Assembly: GCA_963514005.1 (NCBI GenBank)
Contig: OY740804.1
Coordinates: forward strand, 37,386,001 to 37,450,000
DNA: 64,000 bases
From: Raja brachyura
Lineage: Eukaryota
Reading direction: 5' to 3'
Shown here: piece by piece, positions 24,190 to 36,652 of the stretch
How positions within the stretch are numbered: the first letter of the stretch is position 1
Layout: each line of letters opens with the position of its first letter
Notes under the pieces: generated by a model
What the model saw: only the letters and a program-made list of their open reading frames with translations
What the model was told of the DNA's origin: nothing
Database searches by the model: none
Position numbers and translations under genes: made by a program

Positions 24190-24553
24190 GGGGTGGGAGA
24201 TTGCATGTGCCTTTCCAAATGCATCTAAAGCATTGCCATCTTATCTGCTTACACCACCCTTCATGGCAATGTAAGCTAGGCTCCCTGTGTTTGGCAACCT
24301 TGGGCTGTCGGGAAAACACTGAACCGCCTGCGGGTCGGCGAAGGACGCTGCAAGGTGTCCATGAGGAAATGAAAAAAAAACAACTTCCGATGCATGTGTG
24401 TGTGGCAAATCCCAAACCATGGAACACATGAGATGTAGCCAAGCTCCACAATGTACCGAAGATGACCTGGCCGAACCAAATGCCGCTGCGCTCGCCTGCG
24501 CCAACTACTGGAAAGACGTGATATAGAAGATGGCCGGACACGAGGAAGAAGAA
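24190..24553 (+). mobile_element. Internally deleted Vingi (Ingi-clade) LINE
   Basis: 5' GGGGTGGGAGATTGCA joined to a C-terminal coding remnant KTLNRLRVGEGRCKVSMRK..CVCGKSQTMEH..C; ends CCGGACACGAGGAAGAAGAA; partial inverted copy at about 24745-24812. Confidence 0.75.
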
Positions 24554-25419
24554 CCCTGTGTTTAACAAAAGCATGACTCACAAATCTCCTTTAAACTTTC
24601 CACCTCTCACTTTAAATCTACCCCGTCTGGTATTTGACTTGTCTGCCCTGGGTAAAAAGAGTCTATGATCAGCCCGATCTATGCTGTTCTAAACTTCTAC
24701 CTCAGTCTTTCAAGTTCCAGCAAAAACATTCCAAGTTTGTACATCTTCTATATCACGTCTTTCCAGTAGTTGGCGCCGGCGAGCACAGCGGCATTGGGTT
24801 CGGCCAGGCAATACGCTCTAAACCAGGCAACATTAAGGTGAAATGTATGGGAAGGAACTGCAGATGCGGGTTTAAACTGGGTAGACAGAAAATGCTAGAG
24901 TAACTTAGCGGGTAACTTACCTCAACAACAAACGTCACCCATGCCTTCTCTCCAGAGATGCTGCCGGTCCCTGAGTTACTCCAGCATTTTGTGTCTCAAG
25001 GGGCACTCTCACCAAAGCCTTCATATCTTCCCTGTAATAGGGCAGCCGAACTGCACAAAATACTTCAAATGTAGCCTAACCAAAGTTGTATGCAGCTGTA
25101 ACACATCTTGCCAACTTTCATGCCCAGTACTCTGACCAAGGAAGCCATGAATGCCATAAGTCTTCTTTAGCACTCAATCTACTTGGATCGTCACTTTGAG
25201 TGAACGGTGGACTTGCACACCATGATCTCTTTGTACATTATAATGTAACACCTCACAGTTGTCCAGATTAAACTCCATTTACTATTTTCTATGCCCATAT
25301 TTCATGCTGGTCTACGAGGTGCTGTATCCTTCGGTACCCTTCCTCACCATCCACTACACTACCAATTTCCCTGTGGTCTGCAAACGTAACAATTAGCCTA
25401 CCTATATTTTTCATACAAA

Positions 25420-26476
25420 CCATATAGAAACATAGAAAAATAGGTACAAGAATAGACCATTCGGCCCATTGAGCTAGCATCGCCATTCAATATGATCATG
25501 GCTGATCATTTAAAATCAGTACCCCTTTCCTGCTTTTTTCCCCATATCCCTTGATTCCTTTAGCTAAATTTATTTAGCTATCCCTAAGAGCTAAATCTAA
25601 CTCTTGAAAATATCCAGTGAACTGGCCTCCACTGCCTGTGGCAGAGAATTCCACAGATGCACAACTCTCTGGGTGAAAAAATGTTTCCTCATCTCAGCCT
25701 CCCCCTTATTCTTAAACTGTGATCCCTAGTTCTGGACTCCCGCAACATCGCAAAACAATTTTCCTGCATCTAGCCTGTCCTATCTTTTAAGAATTATATA
25801 TGTTTCTATAAGATACCCTCTCATCCTTCTAAATTCCTATGAATACAAGCTCAGTCGACCCATTCTTTCATCATTTGCCATCCTGGGAATTAACCTGGTG
25901 AACCTACGCTGCACTCCCTCAATAGCAATACTGCCCTTCCTCAAATTAGGAGACCAAAATTGCACACAATACAGCAGGTGCGGTCTCATCAGGGCCCTGT
26001 ACAACTGCAGTAGGACCTCTTTGCTCCTAAATTCAAGTCCTCTCGCAATGAAGGCCAACATGCCATTAGCTTTCTTCACTGCCTGCTGTACCTGCAGGCT
26101 TACTTTCAGTGACTGATGTACAAGCACATCCAGGTCTCGTTGCACCTTCCCTTTTCCTAATCTGACACCATTCAGATAATAATCTGCCTTTCTGTTCTTG
26201 CCACCAATGTGGATAACCTCACATTTATCCACATTATACTGCATCTGCCATGCATCTGCCCACTTGCCCAACCTATCCAAGTCACCCTGCAGCCTCATAG
26301 CATCCTCATCACAGCTCACACTGCCACCCAGCTTTGTGTCCTCTGCAATCTTGGAGATGCCACATTTAATTCCATCGCCTAAATCATTAATATGTATTGT
26401 AAATAACTGGGGTTCCAGCACCGAGCCTTGTGGCTCCCCACTAGTCACTGCCTGACATTCTGGAAAGGACCCATTA
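25420..26476 (-). mobile_element. CR1 LINE, 3' portion (split by DIRS)
   Basis: ORF 25837-26448 with RT motifs PQGSVL..LF..IND, LYRALMRPHL.YCVQFWSP; (TTTCTATG)n tail. Confidence 0.9.
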
Positions 26477-26538
26477 ATTTCATTTCGGAGTCACGTGAGT
26501 GACTTCGTGAAGAGCCCGCCGGCGCGCATGCTCGACAT
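26477..26538 (+). repeat. DIRS left inverted terminal repeat
   Basis: ATTTCATTTCGGAGTCACGTGAGTGACTTCGTGAAGAGCCCGCCGGCGCGCATGCTCGACAT is an imperfect reverse complement of 31536-31597. Confidence 0.9.
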
Positions 26539-26675
26539 ATCGTATATCGCGTTGCTGCGACGGCTGGCGGTGGAGCGCGCTCCTCGCCAGCCCTTCATAA
26601 GGGAACCACTGAGGTAAGTATCCTACCTTAAGTTGGTGGTCCTTGTTGTGTTACTTTGTGTTTTGCAGCAAGGAC

Positions 26676-28401
26676 ATGGATGGGAGTTCTAAGGGCCGGA
26701 GCGGTCAGCAGTCCCGGAGCCATTGATATCGGCGGTACCTGCAGCGCAGGCCGGGACACGGGCGGGAATGTCGGTAAGCCCTGTGTTTACAGGTCCGGAT
26801 CCGCCAGCACACCACAGTTCGGAGGAGTTCGACGAAGAGGAGTGTGGTGTGCCGCCAGAGCAGGAGGACCCTGCCATGGCAGTCAGGTCGTCAGCAGGCT
26901 TGCTGGCGACCTCGAGCAGAAGGGTGCGTGCGGCTGCACGGCCCTTTTCACTCAGCCCTCCGAGTAGGGGAAGGGCAGGAGCCCAGAAGTCTAACCCTGT
27001 CGGGGCTAAGGCTTTGCCTGCCGCCGGGGAGCGGTCAGGTTCCAGGGCGGGACCCGGGGCGGCTGTGAGGTCCAGTCGGCGCCCCCCAACTCTCGACGCC
27101 GGGACGGGTCGGTTGGGTCTGGTCTCGTCACGGTCGCCGAGCCCCCCATGGATGGGTGGGCGAGACCATGCGTCGGCGAGGTCCACGACGTGGGCTGCCG
27201 GCAAGCCCGCGCGGGCATCAGGTATCCATGCTGCGGCTGGCGCCGACACCACGCCGCAAGTGCCCTTAGTGGCAGCGGCTTCAGCTCCCGCTAAACGGAG
27301 GCGGTTGAACACGCCCGCGCGGGAATCGCGCAGTTTCGCTTCGGCGGCTGTTAGCGACGACTACCGGCACCGGGTGGGCCTCAATGAGGTGCGGGCCGAT
27401 GATAGGGGCCCCGGCAATTTTTCAGAGCCGGAGGCCCCTATCATCTGAGTGTTCAGGGTGAAGGGCGTATTGACCGTATGGAGCGGCTGCTGGAGCTCCT
27501 GCTTCACGGTCAACAGCAGCAAGCGTCCAGCAGCGACAGGCACAGGGCTGTTTCACCAACTTCCACCTTCAGTCTGGAGCAGCAGGATGAGGAGGTTTTG
27601 GTCGATCCCATACCACCTCCGTCAGATTTACCAGCGGAGGAACTTCTCGATGTGGCCGCTAAGTTCTCGGCCCCACACTCGTCTGGGCTTCCCCTGAACT
27701 CGAAATTGGCAGCCACAGTGGACTTCCTCAACAACCATCAGCTCCAGGAAGAAGTTCTCATTCAGGCCATGAGCCGTCACAAGGCTCCATCCAACTGCAA
27801 CTCCCTCAACGTGCCTGTGGTCAATACGCCGATATGGGGCAACATCAGTGCGGCTATCCGTCAACAGGAGCTGAAAATTCAGCGGATCCTGAAGCTCCTC
27901 ACGGCCGGTATTACCGCCTTTGTGCGGTCGGTTTATGGGGATGACTTAAATTTGGACCAGGAGGATGCTCTGGCTCTATTGTGCGCAACTCAACATGAGA
28001 TCAATGGGTTCCGCAAAAGCAGCATCCGCCCGGCGCTCAACCCTAAGTTTGCAGGGTTGTGCAAACCACCGCCGCCGCCGCCGCCCCATCAGCTCTTTGG
28101 AGAAGACCTCTCGAAGAGGGTCAAAGAGCTTGACGAACAAGCCAAAACGGTGGGAATCATGCGCTCTCACAGTGCCCCCAGGCCGTTGGGCTCGAAAGCT
28201 CCGCTTGTTCGTCCACGAGGGTCTGCCAGCACCTCTACAAGGACCTACCCTCCAGCTCCACCCCGTTACCAACAGCCCCAGCAGCAGGGGGCTTTTTTAG
28301 GACAAGGTCGGCAGAAACCCTGGTGGAAGATGAGGACGCCGCGCCCTCAAGCCAACCCAGCACCTCCACGTCCACCCACACGTGTCAAGGACCGCCGGTA
28401 A
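26676..28401 (+). pseudogene. DIRS gag-like ORF1 (frameshifted; best-preserved part 27478-28401)
   Basis: P.N...L.VP.VN.PIW....RQQE..IQ..; RK..IRP.LN..F..LC...LFGEDL.KRVKE pattern; upstream low-complexity part lies in other frames. Confidence 0.7.
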
Positions 28402-28444
28402 CCACGGAGGTGAGGCGGTCTGGTTCTCTCTTTTCTCTTTGTCT

Positions 28445-30190
28445 AACCTCACATGTTGGTGGGCGCCTTCGGTTCTTTTTGGGTGCATGGGGTGATGAGT
28501 ATGTGTTACAAAATATTCAGGGTCATAAAATTGAGTTTCTTAATGGGGACATTCCTCCATCCCATTATTCACTCGACCCAAGAAGGATGGAGGCTGTCGA
28601 GTCATCATTGACCTGACTCGTTTAAATACTTTTGTAACATATACTCATTTCAAAATGGACACTTTTGAAACAGCCAAATCATTGATTTCACATGGTTGCT
28701 TTATGGCATGCATTGATTTACAAGATGCGTACTATACTGTGTCCATTCAAAAATGTTATAGGAGGTTTCTGAAATTTATCTGGATGGGTCAACTCTGGCA
28801 ATATAGGGCTTTGCCAAACGGGCTTACCACAGCCCCTAGATTATTCACTAAATTGGTGAAGCCAATTATGGCTTATTTACGACAACGACATCATATAGTA
28901 ATGGCCTATTTAGATGATATCTTAATTGTCAGCCACACCCTGGAATTGGCTCAACAGGGTGTTGCAGCTGCTGTCAATATATTTCAGCAGCTGGGGTTCA
29001 TTGTCCATCCAGCCAAATCAAAGTTTTGCCCCTCCCAGGTAATTCATTATCTGGGGTTTACGGTGGACTCTATTTACATGAGGGTCACCATACCAACTAA
29101 TAAGGTTGAGGAGGTCACCCAGGTGTGTCAAGGTTTAATCAGCGCTAGTATACCATCGATTCGACATACAGCTACAGTAATTGGCAAGCTTGTAGCATTG
29201 TTTCCGGCAGCCCGATATGGGCCTTTGCATTATCAGAATTTGCAAAGGGCCAAGATCGCTGCGTTAAGACAGCACGCTGGTCATTATGATCGACCAATGC
29301 AGCTGCCGCCCGAAGCGAAGGATGAGTTACGATGGTGGGTGCGTCACATTAGTAACTCATTTAAACCTATTATTGAGGCTAATCCGGTGGTATACTTGCA
29401 AACTGATGCGAGCTCTTATGGCTGGGGAGCTACGGATCATTACTCTAGTTGCGGGGGCAGATGGGATACCCTTGAGGCTACTATGTTGTTGTCTCAAGGG
29501 ATAAACTAATTGGAGCTACTTGCAGCATTCCACGGACTTCGTGCTTATTGTTCCAAGGTTTTTGGAGCACATGTCCGTCTCCAAATAGACAATACCACAG
29601 CGGTGGCTTATTTAAACCATATGGGCGGTACCAGGTCAGTTTCATGTGATAAATTGGCTAACTCAATTTGGCTCTGGTGTGTTCAAAGAGACATTTGGAT
29701 TTCGGCTACCTATTTGCCAGGTGAGCTTAATACTGTGGCGGACACCAGGTCACGCAAGTTTAATGACAATATTGAATGGATGTTGCATCCTGAAATTTTT
29801 GCCAAAGTTACAGCCAAATTTGGGAAACCGGATATTGACCTTTTTGCGTCACGGTTGAACCATCAGGTACCAACATACGTCTCGTGGGAACCAGATCCTG
29901 GGGCTATGGCGCTAGATGCATTCTCACTGGACTGGGGGAATTGGTTTTTCTATGCCTTCCCCCCGTTTTGCCTCATCAGTCGGGTATTACGAAAGATTCA
30001 GATGGATGCAGCCAAGGGCATCCTTATTATACCCGACTGGCCTACACAGCCGTGGTATCCGGTGGTCTTTGACATGCTCAGTGAGCCTTGGGTCCTTTTG
30101 AAGGGTTGCCCACAATTGGTTACTCGCCCTGTCTCAGGGGAGCCACATCCCTGCCATGGCTATTTAAATTTGTTGGCTTGCAGGTTTTGA
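28445..30190 (+). pseudogene. DIRS reverse transcriptase-RNase H-methyltransferase-like ORF (internal stop at 29507-29509, N-terminal deletion)
   Basis: PKKDGG.RVIIDL, IDLQDAY, LPNGL..APRLFTK, AYLDDIL; RNase H TDAS..GWG, IN*LEL.A, DNTTAV, NTVAD; MT-like DLFAS..YAFPPF..PDWPTQPWY. Confidence 0.9.
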
Positions 30191-30228
30191 ACAGGCCGTT
30201 AGTCCAATACGGCCTCTCAACTCGGACC

Positions 30229-31165
30229 ATGGATACCATTGGGGCGTCGTGTCGAGAGTCCACAAGGCGAAGATACCGCTCACATATCAAGAAGTGGGAA
30301 GCCTACTGCAGCCGCTCTCGCATCACGTACGATGACGTGACTATAACCTGTCCTGGAATTCCTCGCGGGGTTGCACCATGATGAACACTTAAGTTACAGT
30401 GCCATCAACAGCGCCAGGAGCGCGCTGTCATTCTACCTCAAGATTGAGGTGGGATCCAACAGGCTAGTGTCCAGACTCATGCGAGGTATATTCAATATGA
30501 ATCCGCCTACACTACGCTACAATATCACCTGGGATGTCAGGGACGTATTAACCCTGCTCAGGACGTGGTCTCCCATGGAAGGGCTCCAGCTAGACAAACT
30601 CATCATGAAGCTGGTGATGTTACTAGCGCTGACTTCAGCACAGAGGGTACAGACACTGCACAAACTACGTGTTGACAGAATGATGTCTACCCCTACAGAA
30701 GTAGTCTTCTTTGTTGATGAGCTACTAAAGCAGCATAGACCTGGGTGCACAGGGCTGCAGCTGAAGTTCCCGGCATACCCCGCAGATGCTAGGCTGTGTT
30801 TAGCCTCACATATCCGTCACTATGTCAAGGTGACGGCATGCATCAGAGGAATGGAGAGATACCTGCTTGTCACTCATAAGAGACCTCATCATCGAGTGAC
30901 AGTCCAGACGATATCCAGGTGGCTCCGGGTCGTCTTGGGTAAGTCAGGTATCGACACTAATGTGTTCAAGTCTCATTCCACCAGGGCTGCATCGACGTCA
31001 GCGGCGAGGATTATGGAGGTGCCTATGGACCATATTCTCGCCACAGCAGGATGGGCTAATGAAGCTGTGTTTCAGCGATTTTATAACAAGCCTGTTGCTG
31101 CTCCTCTACAGTTCGCGGAAGCCGTTCTGAATGCAGGTCAAGAACGTGGAGGTGTACCCGCATGA
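30229..31165 (+). pseudogene. DIRS tyrosine recombinase (frameshift near 30350)
   Basis: SYSAINSARSALS; catalytic R (SAQRVQ), HSTR, GW, Y (FQRFYNK). Confidence 0.9.
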
Positions 31166-31307
31166 GGGGTTTTGATTTGTTATTAATAAATATGCTCTTG
31201 TTTTGCAGTATGAACTATTTGAGCAAGTTTGTTCCTCCCATCCATCCCTGCTAGTGGTGTGTCAGCATGGACGTGGTCCAGGGCGTGTAATCACAGAAGC
31301 TTTGAAG

Positions 31308-31420
31308 TCTTCACGAAGTCACTCACGTGACTCCGAAATGAAATAGTAAGATTGAACGAGAACTTACCAGTTCGAAGGTTGATCGTTATTTCATGAGGAG
31401 TCGCGGTGAGTGATTTCGTG
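31308..31420 (+). repeat. DIRS internal complementary region (ICR)
   Basis: 31308-31344 is the reverse complement of the left terminus; 31345-31420 is the reverse complement of the right terminus (2 mismatches). Confidence 0.92.
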
Positions 31421-31640
31421 CCCTCCACGCCCAACCCTCAGTCACCTTCACCTGGTAATTTGAGTCTCTTTCATCTTACTATGCAAAGTCATTTCTGTTA
31501 CTGGTTTCTGTGATTCCACACCGCTACTTTGAAGAATGTCGAGCATGCGCGCCAGCGGGCTCTTCACGAAATCCCTCACCGTGACTCCTCATGAAATAAC
31601 GATCAACCTTCGAACTGGTAAGTTCTCGTTCAATCTTACT

Positions 31641-32130
31641 ATTCCTACTCTTTGCTTCCTGTCTGCCAACCAGTTCTCTATCCATGTCAATATCCTACCC
31701 CCAATACCATGTGCACTAATTTTACACGCTAATCTCTTGTGTGGGACCTTGTCAAAGGCTTTTTGAAAGTCCAGATACACCACATCCACTAGCTCGCCCT
31801 TATCCATTCTACTCGTTACATCCTCAAAAAATTCCAGAAGATTTGTCAAGCATGATTTCCCCTTCATAAATCTATGCTTACTCTGACCGATCCTGCCAGC
31901 ACTTTACAAATGCGCTGCTATCAAAAAAACTATCGTACCCTGTGCTCTTTATTATTAGCATGGCTGTGTGGCGACCACACATTGCACTGAACCAATTGGT
32001 ACATGTGACAAATAAATGTATTTTGTGTCTAACATCTTTAACAATCGACTCAAGCATCTTCCCCACTACAGATGTAAGGCTAACTGGTCTATAATTCCCC
32101 GTTTTATCTCTCCCTTCTTTCTTAAAACAT
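31641..32130 (-). mobile_element. CR1 LINE, upstream portion of the copy split by DIRS
   Basis: KGKSCLTNLLEFFE..DVVYLDFQKAFDKVPHKRL..WIENWLADRKQRVGI continues into 26476 and below. Confidence 0.9.
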
Positions 32131-32528
32131 GGAGTTACAGTATATCTGAATCGGGCCCTTTAGCCAAATTTGCCCATGCCGACCAAGATTCCCCACCTAC
32201 GATAGTCCCACTTGGCCGCATTGGGCCCATACCTGTCCAAATATCCTTACATATTGTTCAGTAGCAGCTTTGACTATCTCCTCTGGCAGCTCATTCCTTA
32301 CATCCACCACCTTCTGTGAAAAGGTTGCCTCTCAGGTTCCCCGATCAGCTTAAACTCCTGTCCTTTTGTTCTTGATTCCCCTCCTCATGATTTTGTACAC
32401 CTTTATAAGATCACCTCTCAGCCTTCTGCATCCCAAGGAATAAAGTCATAGCCTGCCCAACCTCTCCTTACAGCTCCTGGCAACAACTTAGTAAATCTTC
32501 TTTGAACTCTTTCGAGCTCAACAACATC

Positions 32529-32855
32529 GCAGTCATGGTGGCGCTGCGGTAGAGTTGCTGCCTTCCAGCGAATGCAGCGCCGGAGACCCGGGTTCGATCC
32601 CGATTACGGGTGCTGTCTGTACGGAGTTTGTACGTTCTCCCCGTGACCTGCGTGAGTTTTCTCCGGGATCTTTGGTTTCCTCCCACATTCCAAAGACGTA
32701 CAGGTTTGTATGTTAATTGGATTGGTAAAATGGAAAAATTGTCCCTAGAGGGTGTAGGATAGTGTTAATGTGCGGGGGTCGCCGGTTGGAGCGGACCCGG
32801 TGGGCCGAAGGGCCTGGTTCCGTGCTGTGTCTCTAAACTAATCTAAACTAAACTA
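32529..32855 (+). mobile_element. Full-length HE1/V-SINE-type SINE nested in CR1
   Basis: A box TGGCGCTGCGG, B box GGTTCGATCCC, V-domain, (CTAAA)n tail, TSD AACATC. Confidence 0.85.
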
Positions 32856-34704
32856 AACATCCTTCATAGAGCAAGGAGACCAAAACTGAACACAAATCTG
32901 CAAATGTGTGTCATTTTCCTAAAATGTACCTTTTCAACACTCTTGTTGTGAATACTCTCTGTCCTAATTTCAAACTACCTTGTTCTATTGACACCATCCA
33001 CCATTGATTATAAACTCATATCTTAATCTGGATACTTGTCTCATTCAATCCATCCTCTTAAAAACATTTAATTGGTTTGTTTTCCAATGATATCTTATTT
33101 GCTTTCTTGCCTGCCTCCCTTGTAACCATAAATTATTTTCTACTAATTGTATTGTGAAGGTAGTGCCTTCGCTCCCTGCATCTCAATTCATATCTGCAAT
33201 TGGAGTTTGTCTACAAATTCTGTATTCAATTGGGTAATTCTGTATTCAATTGGGTAATCAAAAAGCTGGAGTAACTCAGCGGGGACAGGCAGCATCTCTG
33301 GAGAGAAGGAATGGGTGACGTTTCGGGTCGAGACCCTTCTTCAGACATAATGTTATTGAGACAACGGCTGATCTCTGTATTCTTGAGGCAGCCACAGGCA
33401 GACGGCATTGCCAATAAAGAATTTCTACTAAAGGCCTGTGATCTGTAATCCAAAGTAAAATGTCTGCTGGTTGGAATTCAGGAAATGTTTTTGCTCCAAA
33501 GATATATTTCCTTACCTCTTCCTCTGGCTGAGCCTTTTTTTCCCATTTCTTGTGGCAAGGGTGAAGTATGTCTGCGATATAACCACTATTTGAGTTCCTT
33601 TACCAGCAACTATTACATGACCGATTGTAATTCGTAATCCATAATTTGAAATGTTATACGCAAGTTTCAATAAACATATTGTATCACAGCAAACTAACAA
33701 TGACTCATTGCCCTGCCTCCTTCTTACAATTGAGGTTTGTAGCACACAGCCGTACCATGGCTGGAATGACCTAAATATTGAATATTTCAGGTTACTGTTA
33801 TAATTGTTTATCAGTTTATCCGTTTAGTTTATTGTCACAAATTGTACAGTGAAAAGCTTTTGTTGCATGTTATCCAGTCAGCGGAAAGACAATAGATGAT
33901 TACAATCGAGTCATTTACAGTGTATGGATAAGAGATGTTGCTGTAGGAATAGAGATTTAAGGAGAGATTGTAATATGTGATTGTAGATCTGGCATGCAAA
34001 TAGTCGCCTTGGAAACACTTACACCTTTGATGTGTTTCAATCTATTTGTCCTTACTTTTAACATAAGATAAATTGCTTCCTTCTGCTTGATTTGCACATA
34101 CATGGTTTACATTTTGTTCGTGTGAAATATTTTTAATATTCAAAGATTTTCTTCTGTGGTCTTTATGCCAATTCGACATTCTCATTGGCAAAAGATTTAT
34201 ACCTTTAGCATTTGCTCACCATTGCTTATAAAATGTTCAGTGATGTTCTCACACCATAAGGTAGTTGTGTGCAGAAGAAAGGTAACGTGCATTCAGTGTC
34301 AAAGAGTCTCAATCAACAGAACCTATGATGTGACAGCTCCTGTCTGATCCTTGCAAAGGAAGCCACGAGTGTGCCTTGCTTTCATCATTGTTCAATACTT
34401 CCTTTTACTCATCAAAAAGTCTAAAAATTTTGTCTTTTTCAAGAACCACTTCAATTGGTGTCGACCAGTCACTCTTGCTTCTCCACACTAAAGCTTCCTT
34501 CTAATTTGTCTAACCCTTATTTCTTCAATACAGGTCAACAAGTCAAGGTTAACACTAGATTGGTTTTGCCCCTAGCTTGGTGCAAATATTGGCATATCCC
34601 CATGTAGATGTCTGGGGATGTTTCTGCGTACTTTGCTATCAGGCCCAAATATTATTATTTTTTAACCCATTCTAGTCAAACAACTCTTTCCAGTCCAGCT
34701 ACAA

Positions 34705-35014
34705 TAGTTTAGTTTACTTTAGGGATACAACATGGAAACAGACCCAAGCCCGCACCGACCAGCCGTCCTAGCAAATTAACACTATCCTACACACACTAGG
34801 GACAATTTCACTTTACGCAAAGCCAATTAACCTACAAACCTGTACGTCTTTGGAGTGTGGGAGGAAACCGGAGATCTCAGAGAAAACCGACGTGGTCATG
34901 GGGAGAACGTACAAATTCAGTACGGATAGCACCCATAGTCGGGATTGAACCCAGGTCGCTGATGCTGTAATCGCTGTAAAGCAGCAATTCTACCGCTGCG
35001 CCACCGTGCTGCCC
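34705..35014 (-). mobile_element. HE1/V-SINE-type SINE
   Basis: Reverse complement of the 32529 family. Confidence 0.8.
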
Positions 35015-35113
35015 TAAGACAGTCTTTACCCAACTGGGTCTCCGACTAAGTCCTGAGGCAGCCTTTACCCAACAGTGTTGCTTGATGTGCGTCTATGTAA
35101 TTACATGTAAATA

Positions 35114-35272
35114 CATCACAGCAAGGAATGTGGAGGAGTCACTGTGGTGGATGTTTATGTTAAAATGTATTGTGTTCTGTTGCTTTTTTATTGGTATGAC
35201 TGTACGGCAAATGAAATTCCTCGGATGTTGCAAAACATACCTGGCTAATGAAATATTATTGTGATTGTGATT
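35114..35272 (+). mobile_element. 3' fragment of the hairpin-bearing non-autonomous family (Rex1-type tail)
   Basis: CATCACAG..TCACTGTGGTGGATGTTTATGTT box followed by AAATTCCTC..ATACCTGGCTAAT. Confidence 0.65.
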
Positions 35273-36295
35273 TGTGTGCACTGGCGCAGGAATTCTCCTG
35301 ACTGCCGCACCCAGCGTTAATTCTGTTTGCCGACTATTGTGGCTCAACAGCCTTTGGTACGTTCTCTGAATATATTTACAGACATAGTTAGACAAAGTGT
35401 TGTTTTAAGTACTTTACCTTCGCAGCAGTTGAGTGTACTTAGCTGAAGTGTTTTCCCATAATTGCGTGATATACCACCATTTCAATGTCTTGTTTAGGTG
35501 ATTTGCTTCCCACTGTTGCTGCTGATTCCATCTATGTCAAATAAGATCAATTTGCCATTGTTCTCAGAAGGTTCAAAACGACAGGTTTTCTCTCTGTGAG
35601 TTTTTACTGTGAAAACTTCCCATCTGTGAAGAAATCACACTATGGAAATTGCTTTGATTAACTAGCCTGGCTTTAGACTTGCCTGCTGGGGAAAGGTGGC
35701 CTTTCCTTCCGAGAATTAAAACAATTTTGCCATTTTAAACCAGAACACTTGTGAAAGATTGCTCCCATGAATCTATAAAGCAATTTGTGTCAGTCTTACC
35801 CACCTGCTTCAGGTTTTGGTTTGGAACTCCACTTTCCCAATGAGAGTAATCATGTATCCTGCATTGGACAACATTACTTCACTTTTCTAAGCCACAGTTG
35901 CCAACAGCATCAAATGTGAGATTAATGTTTAACAACTGGTTTACTAATACATGTTTAATAACTGATTTATTTCACTCATTGATCAAACTACACTTGGTTT
36001 ACCTGTCACAGAGCACAGTCAGGAATGTCAGATCTTTTAGTCGGGTAATGTGCCCAATAACATTCAACACCAGTCAGGAGTCTGAAGAAGGGTCTCGACC
36101 TGAAACATTACCTATTCCCTGTCTCCAGAGATGCTGTCTGACCCGCTGAGTTACTCCAGCCTTTTGTATCTATCTTCGGCTTAAACCAGCGTCTGCAGCT
36201 CCTTCCTGCACTGCGATCATATCTGACTTATTATTCCTATTTGCAAAGCTATCGTTTCCATAAATGCTGAACATTTAGTATGGGATTATTATAAC

Positions 36296-36652
36296 TGTAC
36301 ACTGCAAAGGCCAGGAAGCGAGCGGGTAAGATCAACTCTGACCCCACTCACCCTGGCCACAAACTCTTTGAATCACTTCCCTCTGGAAGGGGACTCCAGA
36401 CTGTCAAAGCTGCCACAGCCAGACATAAAAACAGCTTTTTTTTCCATGAGCAGTAGCTCTACTCAACAGCCAAAAGTCTGTGGCCTCCTTTAACTCTGGT
36501 ATTTTATTTCATTCTTCACGTTTAAATTATATTGTTTTATTTTTAATTGTCTACTGTATATCGTGTTGTTACCTGCGAGCAAAGCACCAAGGCAAATTCC
36601 TTGTATATGTACATACTTGGCTAATAAAATGTGTTCAATTCAATTCAGTTCA
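36296..36652 (+). mobile_element. Rex1-like 3' fragment
   Basis: DPTHPGHKLFESLPSGR.L..; tail GCAAATTCCTTGTAT..ATACTTGGCTAATAAA-(TTCAA)n. Confidence 0.75.

Larger units (their letters stand above)
26477..31640 (+). mobile_element. DIRS1-type tyrosine-recombinase retrotransposon, structurally complete, coding regions disrupted
   Basis: Left ITR 26477-26538, gag-like, RT/RNaseH/MT and YR ORFs, ICR 31308-31420, right ITR 31536-31597 plus right extension to 31640; the interrupted CR1 resumes at 31641. Confidence 0.95.

Noticed and set aside
26689-27312. 207-aa minus-strand ORF
   Set aside because: Antisense shadow of the GC-rich DIRS gag region; low complexity, no motif
32529-32610. tRNA gene
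   Set aside because: A and B boxes belong to a SINE head; no cloverleaf, and it continues into the SINE body and tail
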